A stretch of DNA of 48,139 bases from Clostridia bacterium (lineage in GTDB: Bacteria; Bacillota; Clostridia; Christensenellales; UBA1242). The notes beneath the pieces were generated by a model. That model had not been told where the DNA came from, ran no database searches, and saw only the letters and a list, made by a program, of their open reading frames with translations. Numbering within the stretch: the stretch's first letter is position 1; the number at the start of each line of letters is the position of its first letter. The position numbers and the translations under genes are program-made. Location of the stretch: NCBI GenBank assembly GCA_045614835.1, contig JAZLDP010000004.1, positions 1-48,139 on the forward strand. Direction: 5' to 3'. Of this stretch, positions 15,144 to 26,216 are shown in pieces.

Positions 15144-18100
15144 TTATTCTATACGAACTTTAAATTGTAGTGAGTCGTTTCCACTATTAGAACCAGCATC
15201 TTTTATAAATTTGATGTAAATAAAGCGTTCTCCAGCTGGTATTACTCCATAATCTACTGTTTGAACATTTGTACTTGATAGCCATTTAAATGACTTAAAT
15301 ATATTACTACTATCTTCACTACTACTAGAAGTTAATGTTGTATCTACATTTGATAAAATACCATAGTCATAAGAACTTTCTCCTGAACTAATACAATCTA
15401 AATATAGGTTTTGAACTCCATTTGCGGTAAACGATAATTTACATAATGAGAATGAGTTATTTACTCCTTGATTTGTAGATTCGTAATAACCACTATCGTT
15501 TAAAGTAAACCCATATGTTACTCCATCTATTGCCTCTACTGAATAAGTGTATTCAGGTATTGTAACAAGAACTGCTACACTAAACGTTTGTGTAAAAGTT
15601 TCTTCTCCGCCAGTCATATTAATAGTGATATTTGTTGTTCCTGCCCCTACCGCTGTAATAGTTACAACATCTCCACTAATTGAAGCTTCACAAATGCTTG
15701 TATCATCTGAAACCACTGTAAACGTTGGATTATCTCCAAAATAAGTTAACGTTATGTTTTTGGTATTTATCATATTTAATACTAATGTTTGATTACTTAT
15801 TTCTAACAATCCATAATCATCAGTTGTAATAATGTCGGCATAAGTTGACCAGTTTGTTGCTGAACGATATTTTTTCCACGCTTCAATTGTTGGCACTTTG
15901 ATTTCTTTTAAGTAGATATTAACTCCAAATGTTTTGCTTGCAATAGTTGGTGGCGTTTCACTTTCCATTATAATAGTAGCTTCGTAGCCACCAGATTTAC
16001 CTATTCCAAGTGCAAAGTTTCCTATGTTTTTTACACTTTCTGGAATTGTTATGCTTGTTAACTGAACACAATCATCAAATGCATAATCACGTATTTCTAT
16101 CAAAGAAGACGAAAGATTAATTTCAGTTAATACACTGCAACCCTCAAATGCTTGTTTTTCTATTCGCCAAATACTATTTGGCATTTCTACACTTGTTAAT
16201 TGCTTACAATTTGAAAATGTATCTTTTTCAATTCTTTCAAAACCATTAGGAATTTTAAAGTTTATTATAGAACTGTTAGCATATTGATTTTCTGCAATTG
16301 CGTTGTATATTCCTTCTTGATAATCAACGCTTTCTAAATAAGGAAAAGCAAGTAAGTTTTCAGCCATTAGCATTCCAACAGCTCTAGCATAACTATTGCT
16401 TAATTCTGTATATTCCTTTAGTAAAACTTTAACTGTGTATTTTCCAGTAGAGCTATAAGGAGTTGATTTAACGAGTTTTATATAAGAAGATGTGTAAGCA
16501 GTAGAAAAAGTTTCAACATTTCCATCACCCCAATTAACTTCAAAAGAACCTATAATTCCTTTTGTTGTAATAGCTGGTTGTAAATAAGTCGGGTCAGTTA
16601 AATCAAATGCAAATATTGTTGGTTTGTTGCTAGAAAATATTGCTGTTAAAACAATATTACTATTAATATTAGTTAATGGTTTATCCCAACCGTTAAATGT
16701 ATAAGTATATTCATCTCCTAAATCTTTAACAGGTGTAGAACCATTATATACAGCAGTTCCGCCATTATCTACATAGCTTGTTTGTAATACTGTTCCATCC
16801 CAATTTTGGAATATAACTTCCCAAAAATTAGTAATTGCAAATACTGGTGCAAAAGTTGTATCTTCATAAATTGGCGTGTTTATACTTGGACTCCAATTAG
16901 AAAACCCATATTTTTCTTGTAAAACATAATCTGTTGGTTTAGTTGGTGTATTTCCTACATAAGTAGCAACTTCTCCCTTTTTAACAGTTGTTTGATATAA
17001 AATATTTCCTTCATAATCAACGAATGTTGCAGTATATGTAATACTAATTTCATCAGCTGTAATTACTAAACCAGCTCCAAAATAACTAATCCATTTATTA
17101 TAATCACCTTCAGAAATTACTCCTTCAATATGAATTTTACCAGTTAAAACTGCTTTTTCATAATTACTACCATCAACACTTAATCCTAGTTTAGACATTA
17201 ACGTATTTAAAACGAATTGTTGAGAATTTGCAAATGTCCAATCAACGTTAGTAATTCTTACTCTTTCTACATAATCTATACTATTTATTAAAAATCTTCT
17301 ACTTATTGAATTATCAATATTTTCTAATCTTAATGTAGTTAAGTTCGTATAATTATCAACTGTAAGCTCTGTTAAACTTGGTTGATTTGTAACAATTAAA
17401 CTTGATACATTTGGTAATCTCATATTAGTTAAGTTACCACCACTTGCTAATGTAACACCCCTAATTCCACTTCCGCTTGCATATATTTTCTTAATATTTA
17501 AGCATTTGCTTAAATCTAAAGTAGTTTTTAAATTAGGACAGTTACTAACATCAATTTCTTCTAATAAAGAGTTGTTACCAATTTGTAAATCTGTTAAGTT
17601 AGTATTTGAATAACCACTGATTTGACTACCAATAATCAACTTATTTAATTTCGTTGCTTTACTAAAGTCCATTGTTCTTGCATATTTATTACTTAAATCA
17701 CCTATATCAAGTATATTACTTGCACCATAAATAATTGTTTCAGTATTATTGAACGTTAATCCTTCAGGGCTTTCAATTAAAGTAGTTTCGTTTGCTTTAC
17801 TTCTTTCTTTAACTACGCTAGAACCAAATTTTACAGTAGAATACATATCAATATAAGGCTTAATATTAAAGTTTCCGCTTGGTTCTACACCTTCGTATAA
17901 TTCTGGTGTATATAATCTCATTGTTATAAAGTCATTTTCATAATCACTAGCTTCATATTTACTATCTAAATATTTAAATCTATTATTTAACCACCATTGC
18001 AAATGATTTAATCTATTACCTTGTGCTACATAAAGATATGTTGAATCGTTTTGCTCAATTAAAGGCTTAATGTATTTAAAATCAGCATCTGTATTATACA

Positions 18101-21100
18101 TATTAGCACTTATTTTATCAATTTGTTCTTCTTGTAAAACACTTAACATACTATCATAAGTAATTTGCTTTCTTAACTCTTTATAATAATCTTTAATATC
18201 ATCAGCAAATGCTTCACCAAAATTATTCCATAATAAAGAATTATTACCATTATAAACAGCTACATTTTCTACTTCATCTGTTTGCTCTAAACCATATTCA
18301 AATTGTAATCCACCTTCGTTGTTTAAACCATAAGTAGTATCAATATCATACCATCTAGGATACCAAATAACTCCATCAACAGTGTCTAAAAACATATTCT
18401 TAGCTCTACTATCTACTGCTAACATAATATCCATCATTACATAATAGAATAAGCAGAAGTCTTTATTAAAATATTGCTCAAATTCATTCTTAAACTTTTC
18501 AATATCATCTTTAGTAGAATAAACCCAACTAACTACTCTTTCTAAATTAGTGTAATTAGTATATTTATCAGGGTATCTTGCTTCAAAGTCATCACTTACT
18601 GCACCTGTAAAATCATCAGTTAAAAAATTACATCTATCGCTTGTATTGTTCTTAAACTCCCAGCTTTCACTTGTTTGAGTATTTAATCCTATAGTAGCAT
18701 TATTTCCTTTATCGTTATTAAAGTTATAAACACCATAATATTCTAATTCACTACTTTCATCTTTTCTAACAAACATTAAAATAGGGAAACCATTAATAGA
18801 ATTTCTAACTCCATTATCATCTGTTTGTGTAGGGAATTTAGGACTATATTCATTTACTATTTTAGCATTACCTGTATTATGGCTGTGAGATGATTCCATA
18901 TAATCAGCTTTGAATGTATAAACATTTTCAGCTATTCCACCTTCATAAAATACAAAAACAACAGGGAATTTTCCTTTATAGTTTTTTCTAGGGAAATATT
19001 GTGATGATGTTCCTTGTATATCCCATACTACATCAAAATATTCAAAATCATAAGAACTGTTTCTAGGATTTGAATATTTTACAGATACATTAGTTTTATC
19101 TCCTTTGACAGATGGCATTCTACCAGTAACAATCATTGTAGGTATTAAGTTTTTAACTTTTTCAAAACTTACTTGACCATAATCATTTAGTATATCATTT
19201 TTAGTATATTCAGTTAATAATTCAGCAAAACTTAAATCAGATAAATAATTATTTAAATTTTCTTTATCAGTTAAAGCACTATTATATATTCTTATTGAAT
19301 AAATATCTATTCCAGCATTTTCAGAACCAATAACAATATTTACTGGAGTAGTTTGTGTAAAGTTGTCATTTGCTGGATATAAAGTTGTACCACTTAATAT
19401 ACCATTAATAAATGTTTTAATTAATCTTTGTTCACTAGATGTTTGAACTACAAAAGCAACCTTTAATTTCTCATCTTCTTTAAACTTAGTAACAATTTCA
19501 CTTTGTTCTGATTTTAAAACACATTTATTTGCATAAATCTTAATACCTTTATTTCCACTCCAACAAGTCAACACTTCAGCATTAATATTAACTAAATCTT
19601 TTGTTGCAAATTCAACTTCTATTGTTTTTCCATAACTTAAAAAGTCGGTAGCAAAGATTTGATAAGGTATTTCAACTTTAGCTTTACCATTTAATCTTAA
19701 AACGTTATATCCATTGTTATCTAATAACCAACCATTAGTATTCCAGTTAAAATTAGTTAATGTTGCTTTAATATCTTTATAAGACCAATTTTCTTTATTA
19801 GAATCAGAATTTGTTCTATTTTTAGCATTTAAATATAAATGTAAATTGTTAGTAACTGCTTCAACATTAATTTGTGCTTCATTAACTAAAACATCAAATT
19901 CTAATGACTTTTCGTTATCTAATCCTTCGTTAGCAACAATTTTAAACGTTACGTTGCCTTTAGGATAGTTAGTAGTGTTCCAATATTGTCTAGTTCTATC
20001 AATTATTAATTCATTAACTTTATCATCATTAATATATAATTTAACATCACTTGTTTCTGATAATGGATTATATACTAAATAATCAATACTAATTAATTCA
20101 CCTTGAGTAACTTCTTCAACACCAAATTTAGAACTTATTAATATTTCATCGTTATCAGCTTCATAAACTATTATGTTGTAATTAAGCTCATTTGATTTTA
20201 TTGTGTTTTCATCAACAACAGCACTCATAGTAACTTTTAATTTATGAACGCCGTGTTTTAAATCCTTAATTATTTGTTGTTGGCTAGTTCCTGTTTCTAG
20301 AATTTTTTGAGTTGCATATTCTTCATCATCTACATAAAAAGTAACTAATTTTTCAACAGCACCGTAAGGTATAAATCTAAAATCTATATCACCAGTATAT
20401 GCTCTATTATCGTTAAATGTGCTTGTTAATCTTAAAGAAATAGCATCTATTTGATAAATAAGACTTCCTGTAGAACCAACTAAATCTGTTAAAACAATTC
20501 TTATAGTGTTAACTCCTTGCCTCAAATAATCAGTAATATCTATTTCATTATCTCCTTCTGTTATATTAACTGATTTTTTTAACGTTTCGTTTGCATAAAC
20601 TTGTAATGTTCCTTCATTTGAAACGCTAAAATTAACGTTATATTTTAAAACTACTTTTGTATTTAATGCTACTGTTTGTTGTAATGGAGAAATTGTTTTT
20701 AAATAAACAATACCTGAACCTCCACCACCACCTCCAGTGCCACCTCCACCACCTGAAGCAATTAACCAAGAATTTAATTCAAAATCAAAAGTATAATCGT
20801 ATCCAGCAGTGAATCTTTTGAATAATTTGTTAGTAGTATCTACAATAACTAATTCAGCACCAAATTCAGTAGTTGTAATAGAATATTTTCCATCACCTAA
20901 ATCTGTGTAAATATTAATTAAGTTTTTAGGGTCTAATATTTCTGGTATATATTTTATTCCTAAACTGTTAAAATAATAATCTTTTAAATCATTAGTTAAA
21001 CTTTGTAAATCTTTAATGTTTTGTTCGTTTACATCATTTTTAGATTTCAATGAATCCAAACTATTTAAAATATACTCTGTAGTTGGTGCATCATTTACAA

Positions 21101-21287
21101 AAATATTGATTTCATCAATTATTCTATTAATTTCTTCAATAGTCTTAAAAGTCGGAGTTGTTAATGCCTCTACTATTTTTTGAGGTGATAATCCTTTTTC
21201 GCTTGGATTTCTACCTACTGTTAAAACTGATTCTTTTTTTAATAATCTAATTACATCATCAGATATTTTTTTAATTTTATCCGCCAT
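15144..21287 (-). CDS. giant multidomain tail fibre / adhesin (LamG-like, CotH-like, two LRR types, InlB-B-type repeats, Big_2-like Ig)
   Basis: 2047-aa ORF whose start overlaps the upstream stop (TAATG). Gly run GGGGGTGGGGGGSG at aa 179-192 (nt 20712-20753). LamG/concanavalin-like block at aa ~490-680. CotH-like block at aa ~720-1110 (IQGTSSQYFPRKNYKGKF ... WYPRWYDIDTTYG; nt ~17958-19130). LRR block at aa ~1180-1330. Two repeats YTATFVDYEGN... and WEVIFQNWDGT.... BspA-type LRR FSNCKQLTSVEMPNSIWRIEKQAFEGCSVLTEI. Ig-like VTITAVGAGTTNITI. Confidence 0.7.
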   Translation of the reverse strand: MADKIKKISDDVIRLLKKESVLTVGRNPSEKGLSPQKIVEALTTPTFKTIEEINRIIDEINIFVNDAPTTEYILNSLDSLKSKNDVNEQNIKDLQSLTNDLKDYYFNSLGIKYIPEILDPKNLINIYTDLGDGKYSITTTEFGAELVIVDTTNKLFKRFTAGYDYTFDFELNSWLIASGGGGGTGGGGGGSGIVYLKTISPLQQTVALNTKVVLKYNVNFSVSNEGTLQVYANETLKKSVNITEGDNEIDITDYLRQGVNTIRIVLTDLVGSTGSLIYQIDAISLRLTSTFNDNRAYTGDIDFRFIPYGAVEKLVTFYVDDEEYATQKILETGTSQQQIIKDLKHGVHKLKVTMSAVVDENTIKSNELNYNIIVYEADNDEILISSKFGVEEVTQGELISIDYLVYNPLSETSDVKLYINDDKVNELIIDRTRQYWNTTNYPKGNVTFKIVANEGLDNEKSLEFDVLVNEAQINVEAVTNNLHLYLNAKNRTNSDSNKENWSYKDIKATLTNFNWNTNGWLLDNNGYNVLRLNGKAKVEIPYQIFATDFLSYGKTIEVEFATKDLVNINAEVLTCWSGNKGIKIYANKCVLKSEQSEIVTKFKEDEKLKVAFVVQTSSEQRLIKTFINGILSGTTLYPANDNFTQTTPVNIVIGSENAGIDIYSIRIYNSALTDKENLNNYLSDLSFAELLTEYTKNDILNDYGQVSFEKVKNLIPTMIVTGRMPSVKGDKTNVSVKYSNPRNSSYDFEYFDVVWDIQGTSSQYFPRKNYKGKFPVVFVFYEGGIAENVYTFKADYMESSHSHNTGNAKIVNEYSPKFPTQTDDNGVRNSINGFPILMFVRKDESSELEYYGVYNFNNDKGNNATIGLNTQTSESWEFKNNTSDRCNFLTDDFTGAVSDDFEARYPDKYTNYTNLERVVSWVYSTKDDIEKFKNEFEQYFNKDFCLFYYVMMDIMLAVDSRAKNMFLDTVDGVIWYPRWYDIDTTYGLNNEGGLQFEYGLEQTDEVENVAVYNGNNSLLWNNFGEAFADDIKDYYKELRKQITYDSMLSVLQEEQIDKISANMYNTDADFKYIKPLIEQNDSTYLYVAQGNRLNHLQWWLNNRFKYLDSKYEASDYENDFITMRLYTPELYEGVEPSGNFNIKPYIDMYSTVKFGSSVVKERSKANETTLIESPEGLTFNNTETIIYGASNILDIGDLSNKYARTMDFSKATKLNKLIIGSQISGYSNTNLTDLQIGNNSLLEEIDVSNCPNLKTTLDLSKCLNIKKIYASGSGIRGVTLASGGNLTNMRLPNVSSLIVTNQPSLTELTVDNYTNLTTLRLENIDNSISRRFLINSIDYVERVRITNVDWTFANSQQFVLNTLMSKLGLSVDGSNYEKAVLTGKIHIEGVISEGDYNKWISYFGAGLVITADEISITYTATFVDYEGNILYQTTVKKGEVATYVGNTPTKPTDYVLQEKYGFSNWSPSINTPIYEDTTFAPVFAITNFWEVIFQNWDGTVLQTSYVDNGGTAVYNGSTPVKDLGDEYTYTFNGWDKPLTNINSNIVLTAIFSSNKPTIFAFDLTDPTYLQPAITTKGIIGSFEVNWGDGNVETFSTAYTSSYIKLVKSTPYSSTGKYTVKVLLKEYTELSNSYARAVGMLMAENLLAFPYLESVDYQEGIYNAIAENQYANSSIINFKIPNGFERIEKDTFSNCKQLTSVEMPNSIWRIEKQAFEGCSVLTEINLSSSLIEIRDYAFDDCVQLTSITIPESVKNIGNFALGIGKSGGYEATIIMESETPPTIASKTFGVNIYLKEIKVPTIEAWKKYRSATNWSTYADIITTDDYGLLEISNQTLVLNMINTKNITLTYFGDNPTFTVVSDDTSICEASISGDVVTITAVGAGTTNITINMTGGEETFTQTFSVAVLVTIPEYTYSVEAIDGVTYGFTLNDSGYYESTNQGVNNSFSLCKLSFTANGVQNLYLDCISSGESSYDYGILSNVDTTLTSSSSEDSSNIFKSFKWLSSTNVQTVDYGVIPAGERFIYIKFIKDAGSNSGNDSLQFKVRIE

Positions 21288-24235
21288 TAATTTACTCCTT
21301 TCGCTCTTTTAGTAATTGTGTAATTTAAATTTATAGCACTTATCACACAATCTTTATCGTTATCACTAACAAAAAAGAATTGAATACAATTAAAATTTTT
21401 AACTTTATGCTTTTGAGAAAAAGTTTTTGTTATATTACTTAATTCTACGCTAAAGCTATCAAAAGATAAATCGCTCCAATAATTATAAACATCCGTTCCT
21501 TCAACTACAAAATTAATAACATCTGTTGTATCGTTGCTAGTTATTCTAGTTTTATATCCAATATTAACTTTTCCATCAGCTATAGGTTCAAACAAAGTAG
21601 TAATATAATAAATAGTTTTCTTATAATCTATTGAACCTAAATACATTACTGGAGTGTACCAATAACTTAAAACACCTTTATCAATTTTAACAAATGTTTT
21701 ATTATTTTGAGGAACTAAATACTTTGTATCAATAATAAGATAATTGTAATTACCTTCTAAATCTGTTGATACTCCTTTTAAATAAATATTATCATTTTTC
21801 ACAATAATTTTGTTAGTAATAATTTGTTTTACAATAGCTTTTATATTACCATTGTAGTAATTTTTTGTTGATTTGTCAACAAGTTTAAAACCGTATTCTT
21901 CATTTAAATCATCTTCTATAAATAAGTTATGTTTTGCATCATTATTATCAATAACTATTACATCTTTTTCGTAATAATATCTAAATCTATCAAGATAAAA
22001 ATCTGGGTCATTTACTAAATATAAATCACTATTTTCTATATGATTAATGTGATTTGCTTCAATAACTATTTGATGTAAATTAGTTCCAGTGCTAAATAAT
22101 AAAACATCATCATTTTTATATAATCCATCAGTTAAATTAATTGTTGAATCATCATTTACTGAAAATTCAATACTGTTATATGTTATATCTGAAAATGATT
22201 CTTTAACAAATTTACATAACTTTCCGTTTTTAGTTCCAAACCATAAATTATAATTAGCATCAACGTACCATATTTGAGCATCAATACCATTTAAAACAAA
22301 CCATTCGTAAGAAAAAGTATCTCTTAAATCATTATCATTATAGTTTTTATATCTACTGTCAGCAACATAAACTTTTTCTTCTTCACCACCAACATATAAA
22401 AAATATTTTCCATCATATACAACGGCGTTGCAGTTAGTTAATTCTTCTTTTGTTAACTTAGCATCAATAACTTTACTACGTTGTTTAGAATATCTTTCAT
22501 TAGTTTTTAAGTTAGAACTTAATTCAATTCCAAATATTCCGTTCATAGATGCCATTAATTTGTCCCCTAATAGGTTTTTAGTAGAAAAAGGACTAATACA
22601 ACCCTCCCCTATTGCACTCGCAAACTGAGGGAAAATAACGGTTTTAGCTTGAGTAGTTCCATCTTGTAAATAAATAGGTAAACCAGATAAATCTGTAGCA
22701 TTTGAAATCTCCGCAGACCTTACATAAAAATTACTTTCATTATTTGAGAATTCTTTATGAACTCCTAAAACTCCATCTTCTAATAAAGAATAACCAGTTA
22801 TTTTTGTATCAGAAGAACCTAACATAGCATATCCTAATTCTCCCCAATAAGTTAAATTTTCATATGTTGTAAGCTCGCCTTGTTGTTCACTAAAAGTTAT
22901 ACTTGTATGAAAATCGTAATGAGGCATATTCGGATTACCACTTACAAACAATGTATCTATTTCATTTAAAGTTAATATTTCTCCAAAAGTACATTGTTCT
23001 ATCCATTCCCATTTTCTATTATTAATATACTCTTTAGGAACAAATGTTACTTCAACATTAGGATTACCTATTAAAGTAGGCGTTAAATCTATATTGTTAA
23101 AAGTTATGGTAGATGTTTCATAATTTACAGTGTAATAATCACTATTTATTATAGAGTTTGTTTCAATGTTTTTAACTGTTACAGGAATAGCTGGATATAA
23201 ACTTGAAACACTTAAATTATATGAAGATTCTTTTTTGTTCCAAATTTTAGTTATTGTTGTTCTTACGGCTGTTTTAAATCCGTAAATAACCGTTAAATTT
23301 ATTCCATCGATTGTATGGACAATTTTAACCCTTAAAGCAGAAATAAATGTTTCAAACACATCAAGACCGCTTCCACCAGTTTCATTTAAAAAAGTAGAAA
23401 GGGTATAAGTTCTATCCTCATTGCTTAACTTTAATAATCTAGAAACATAAGTTCCATCATCGGTTTCAAATGATAATTCTATATGTGTGTATTGACCTGT
23501 TAATTCAGCATAAATACCTTTGTTATATGTATTGGCAAACTCTGTTTCATTTTCAACTACAGAGCTATTATTATACAATACATCTAAAGCTTTAAAACTT
23601 TCTACAGTATTTTCTCCAATAATTTTAACTTTTCTTCTAGAACTTAACAAATTAATCTCATCTAAAGTTGAATATGACCCATCTGATTTCAAATTAGTTC
23701 TTACTATAGGAATGTATGTATCATCTTCATCTCTAACGTGTCTTATTTCCCAATTTCCATTAAAATAACCATACACAATTAAAGTTCCACAGAAAATATA
23801 TAATCTATCATTTCTAATAATTCCATATGATTTTTGATTTTTAATTTCTCCTAAACTAACGCTATAATTTGTTTGAAAATCGGTAAATCCAATATTTACA
23901 GGCTCATAACGGCTTTCTGCTATATTTTCATTGATATAAGCTCTATAAATTTTATTACCGCTATGAACGATTGTATGAACTGTTTTTTTACCATTTTCTC
24001 CTAAAAAAGTTACAAATTGCCACATTCCATTAATTTTATCTGGGAATTTTAACATTTCTTCAAATCCATATCTTTTATGAATGTTACCATCTCTATACAA
24101 AAAGTTTCTCATATCTGTAGCTCTGTTTTCAGATACATTAATAACTGAGTTAGAATAATCAACGCCCTTAAAACCACTTAATGTCTTAACATACATTTTA
24201 TTAGAATTAAGACTAGGATTTTTAAATTGAACCAT
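21287..24235 (-). CDS. large tail protein (nozzle / tubular-B-like by position)
   Basis: 982-aa ORF with a GGAGG SD; lies between the adaptor-sized gene and the fibre, as in T7-type gene order; no motif recognised. Confidence 0.45.
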   Translation of the reverse strand: MVQFKNPSLNSNKMYVKTLSGFKGVDYSNSVINVSENRATDMRNFLYRDGNIHKRYGFEEMLKFPDKINGMWQFVTFLGENGKKTVHTIVHSGNKIYRAYINENIAESRYEPVNIGFTDFQTNYSVSLGEIKNQKSYGIIRNDRLYIFCGTLIVYGYFNGNWEIRHVRDEDDTYIPIVRTNLKSDGSYSTLDEINLLSSRRKVKIIGENTVESFKALDVLYNNSSVVENETEFANTYNKGIYAELTGQYTHIELSFETDDGTYVSRLLKLSNEDRTYTLSTFLNETGGSGLDVFETFISALRVKIVHTIDGINLTVIYGFKTAVRTTITKIWNKKESSYNLSVSSLYPAIPVTVKNIETNSIINSDYYTVNYETSTITFNNIDLTPTLIGNPNVEVTFVPKEYINNRKWEWIEQCTFGEILTLNEIDTLFVSGNPNMPHYDFHTSITFSEQQGELTTYENLTYWGELGYAMLGSSDTKITGYSLLEDGVLGVHKEFSNNESNFYVRSAEISNATDLSGLPIYLQDGTTQAKTVIFPQFASAIGEGCISPFSTKNLLGDKLMASMNGIFGIELSSNLKTNERYSKQRSKVIDAKLTKEELTNCNAVVYDGKYFLYVGGEEEKVYVADSRYKNYNDNDLRDTFSYEWFVLNGIDAQIWYVDANYNLWFGTKNGKLCKFVKESFSDITYNSIEFSVNDDSTINLTDGLYKNDDVLLFSTGTNLHQIVIEANHINHIENSDLYLVNDPDFYLDRFRYYYEKDVIVIDNNDAKHNLFIEDDLNEEYGFKLVDKSTKNYYNGNIKAIVKQIITNKIIVKNDNIYLKGVSTDLEGNYNYLIIDTKYLVPQNNKTFVKIDKGVLSYWYTPVMYLGSIDYKKTIYYITTLFEPIADGKVNIGYKTRITSNDTTDVINFVVEGTDVYNYWSDLSFDSFSVELSNITKTFSQKHKVKNFNCIQFFFVSDNDKDCVISAINLNYTITKRAKGVN

Positions 24236-24241
24236 AATTAT

Positions 24242-24859
24242 TTACCTCCACCAATCATCAAAAATATCTATTATGTTTTTTGAATTAAGTGCATCAATAG
24301 GATTAGGTAAATCATTAGCATAACTTTCAAACATATTTCTAGCTAATAATGCCATATTAGCGTTGTCCTCCTCGTATAAATCTCCTTTTACAAAATAAGG
24401 AATAATAGATGTTATGTAATCTGGTAATGGTATTTCCATTTCATCACTATCTGAATAAGATAATTTTAATGGTGCTTTTTTATAATATAAATAATAAACA
24501 TAATTTTCATTTAAATTTGGCAAGCATACAGTGTTAAATGGTAAATATAACACGTTTGTAACTGGATTTAAATCAAATGAGTTTAATTTATATTTATAAA
24601 TATTAATTAGCTCAATGTAATCATCATCCAATGCTATCGTTATAACATTTTCTCCGTTTTTACTTGAATCTATTGATTTAAAACCAAAGGGTAACTTATT
24701 TAATTGATTGAGTCTGATAATAGCTCTATTAATTGATTCAATAATATTATTTGTTCTATCTTGATATGTTTCATCATCTGAAACGATAGATGTATCAATT
24801 TGTTCGTTATTATCAAACATTAGCTTTATACAAGCACTTATTAATTCTCCTTTTGTCAT
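24242..24859 (-). CDS. head-tail adaptor / tubular-A-like protein (by position and size)
   Basis: 205-aa ORF; first gene after the post-capsid terminator. Confidence 0.35.
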   Translation of the reverse strand: MTKGELISACIKLMFDNNEQIDTSIVSDDETYQDRTNNIIESINRAIIRLNQLNKLPFGFKSIDSSKNGENVITIALDDDYIELINIYKYKLNSFDLNPVTNVLYLPFNTVCLPNLNENYVYYLYYKKAPLKLSYSDSDEMEIPLPDYITSIIPYFVKGDLYEEDNANMALLARNMFESYANDLPNPIDALNSKNIIDIFDDWWR

Positions 24860-24873
24860 TTTTTATTCCTTTC

Positions 24874-24912
24874 CTAAAAAAAGTGGAAAGTGGATAAAAC
24901 CACCCTCCACTT
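24874..24912 (-). terminator. strong rho-independent terminator after the capsid genes
   Basis: the minus strand reads AAGTGGAGGGTGG-ttttat-CCACTTTCCACTT (13 bp including two G-U) followed by TTTTTTT. Confidence 0.75.
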
Positions 24913-24928
24913 AATTATTTTATTTCTT

Positions 24929-25264
24929 TTAAGGTAAAACAATAGCTGTTACTGTTCCAACAAATGTACCAGCAAAAACAACTTTTCCTTTATTTGCTCC
25001 AGTAAGATTTTTATAATTCATACTATCTAAAGCAATATAGTATGTACCTGCACTCTTATCGCCTAATTCTAAATCATTTGCTCTACCGTTTCCTTTTACT
25101 GTAACTGTTCCAGCAGTAGTAACTTTAATTTCAAATAAATATTTTTCATCATTTGATTCGTTCATAGCTAATGCAACAGTTGCACCAGTAGCTTTTGAAG
25201 CTCCAGTTTGAGCTGAATATAATTGATTAAATCTTAATAACTTTGTTTCGTTTTCGTAAGCCAT
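24929..25264 (-). CDS. small beta-rich capsid-associated protein (decoration or head-fibre candidate)
   Basis: 111-aa ORF with an AAGGAGAAAC SD; directly after the capsid gene and directly before a strong terminator. Confidence 0.4.
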   Translation of the reverse strand: MAYENETKLLRFNQLYSAQTGASKATGATVALAMNESNDEKYLFEIKVTTAGTVTVKGNGRANDLELGDKSAGTYYIALDSMNYKNLTGANKGKVVFAGTFVGTVTAIVLP

Positions 25265-25286
25265 AATCTAGTTTCTCCTTCCTTTA

Positions 25287-26174
25287 TTATGCATAAACAA
25301 CTTTTTGAGCTAATACTTCTTTTTCTCTTAAAATAGTAGCATCATATAATGTGAAACCTTTAACAGCATCACTAAATGCTTTTTCTGGAGAATAAGCTTT
25401 AATTTCAGTTAATGGATTAGCAAATCCAACAGCTCTACGAGTTCTGATAAAAATAAATTCATTAGTTCCATCAGCCTTATAACATCCAGTTGATTTCTTA
25501 ATGATGATGTCATTATAACGACCAACTTTTCTTCCAGCTAATAATTCAGAGTTATCTGTATCTAAATCACGGTAAGCTTGTTTTAAAACTTTCCAGAATT
25601 TAGGAGAAACTTCCATTACTAATTGTGTATTATCAGTAACTTCATTATCATTCATCTTTAATACTAAATCATCAATAAATTCTAATACGTTATCTTTATT
25701 GATTGTTTGAGATGCACTGTATTGAATACCTTTTTCAGTAGCCATAATTTTAGCAATGTATCTGTCAATCTTGTCAGCAATACCCTTTGAAGCTTCTTCA
25801 CGGTATTGGTTAGCCATATTTCTATCCATTTGATGCTTATCAATATCACCAATTCCATAATGGAAGTAGTTGATTTGATTAATTTGGATAACCTTAGAAG
25901 CATTTTCAATTTCTTCAAAATCACCAATGTTCTTTTGGATTACATCTTTACCAGTTCCAGTGCTAGCATTTGGTGCTTTAGTTCCATCAGTACCATCCTT
26001 TACTAAATCATAAATAGTTGGTTTTCCAGCCATTAAGAAACGAACTGAATCACCTCTACGTTTAACTTCGCCTTCATATTCTCTTGAACAGTCTTGTGCG
26101 AATACTAAGTTTCTTTCCAAGTCTTTTAAAAAGTTAGCAACTTCTACTCTTGGAATAAATGTTTCATAAGCCAT
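25287..26174 (-). CDS. major capsid protein
   Basis: 295-aa ORF with an AAGGAG SD; canonical position after the scaffold; size fits a compact HK97-fold coat protein. Confidence 0.65.
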   Translation of the reverse strand: MAYETFIPRVEVANFLKDLERNLVFAQDCSREYEGEVKRRGDSVRFLMAGKPTIYDLVKDGTDGTKAPNASTGTGKDVIQKNIGDFEEIENASKVIQINQINYFHYGIGDIDKHQMDRNMANQYREEASKGIADKIDRYIAKIMATEKGIQYSASQTINKDNVLEFIDDLVLKMNDNEVTDNTQLVMEVSPKFWKVLKQAYRDLDTDNSELLAGRKVGRYNDIIIKKSTGCYKADGTNEFIFIRTRRAVGFANPLTEIKAYSPEKAFSDAVKGFTLYDATILREKEVLAQKVVYA

Positions 26175-26216
26175 AGTTAGTTTTCTCCTTCTTTAAATAT
26201 TTGCAATTTAATTATA

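Noticed and set aside
20712-20753. GC-rich CCACC/CCTCC run as a slippery or phase-variable tract
   Set aside because: It is not a homopolymer or simple tandem unit. It encodes an in-frame Gly linker (GGGGGTGGGGGGSG) inside an uninterrupted 2047-aa ORF.
475-24235. A virion RNA polymerase hidden in the giant ORFs (as in N4-like or crAss-like phages)
   Set aside because: I found no DxDGD-type or T7-like polymerase motifs in the 2147-, 2047- or 982-aa proteins. All promoters found are host sigma70-like. This is not excluded without profile searches.
25682-25927. Minus-strand 81-aa ORF nested out of frame inside the major capsid gene
   Set aside because: No SD, a Leu/Lys-rich low-complexity product, and fully embedded in a strongly supported gene.
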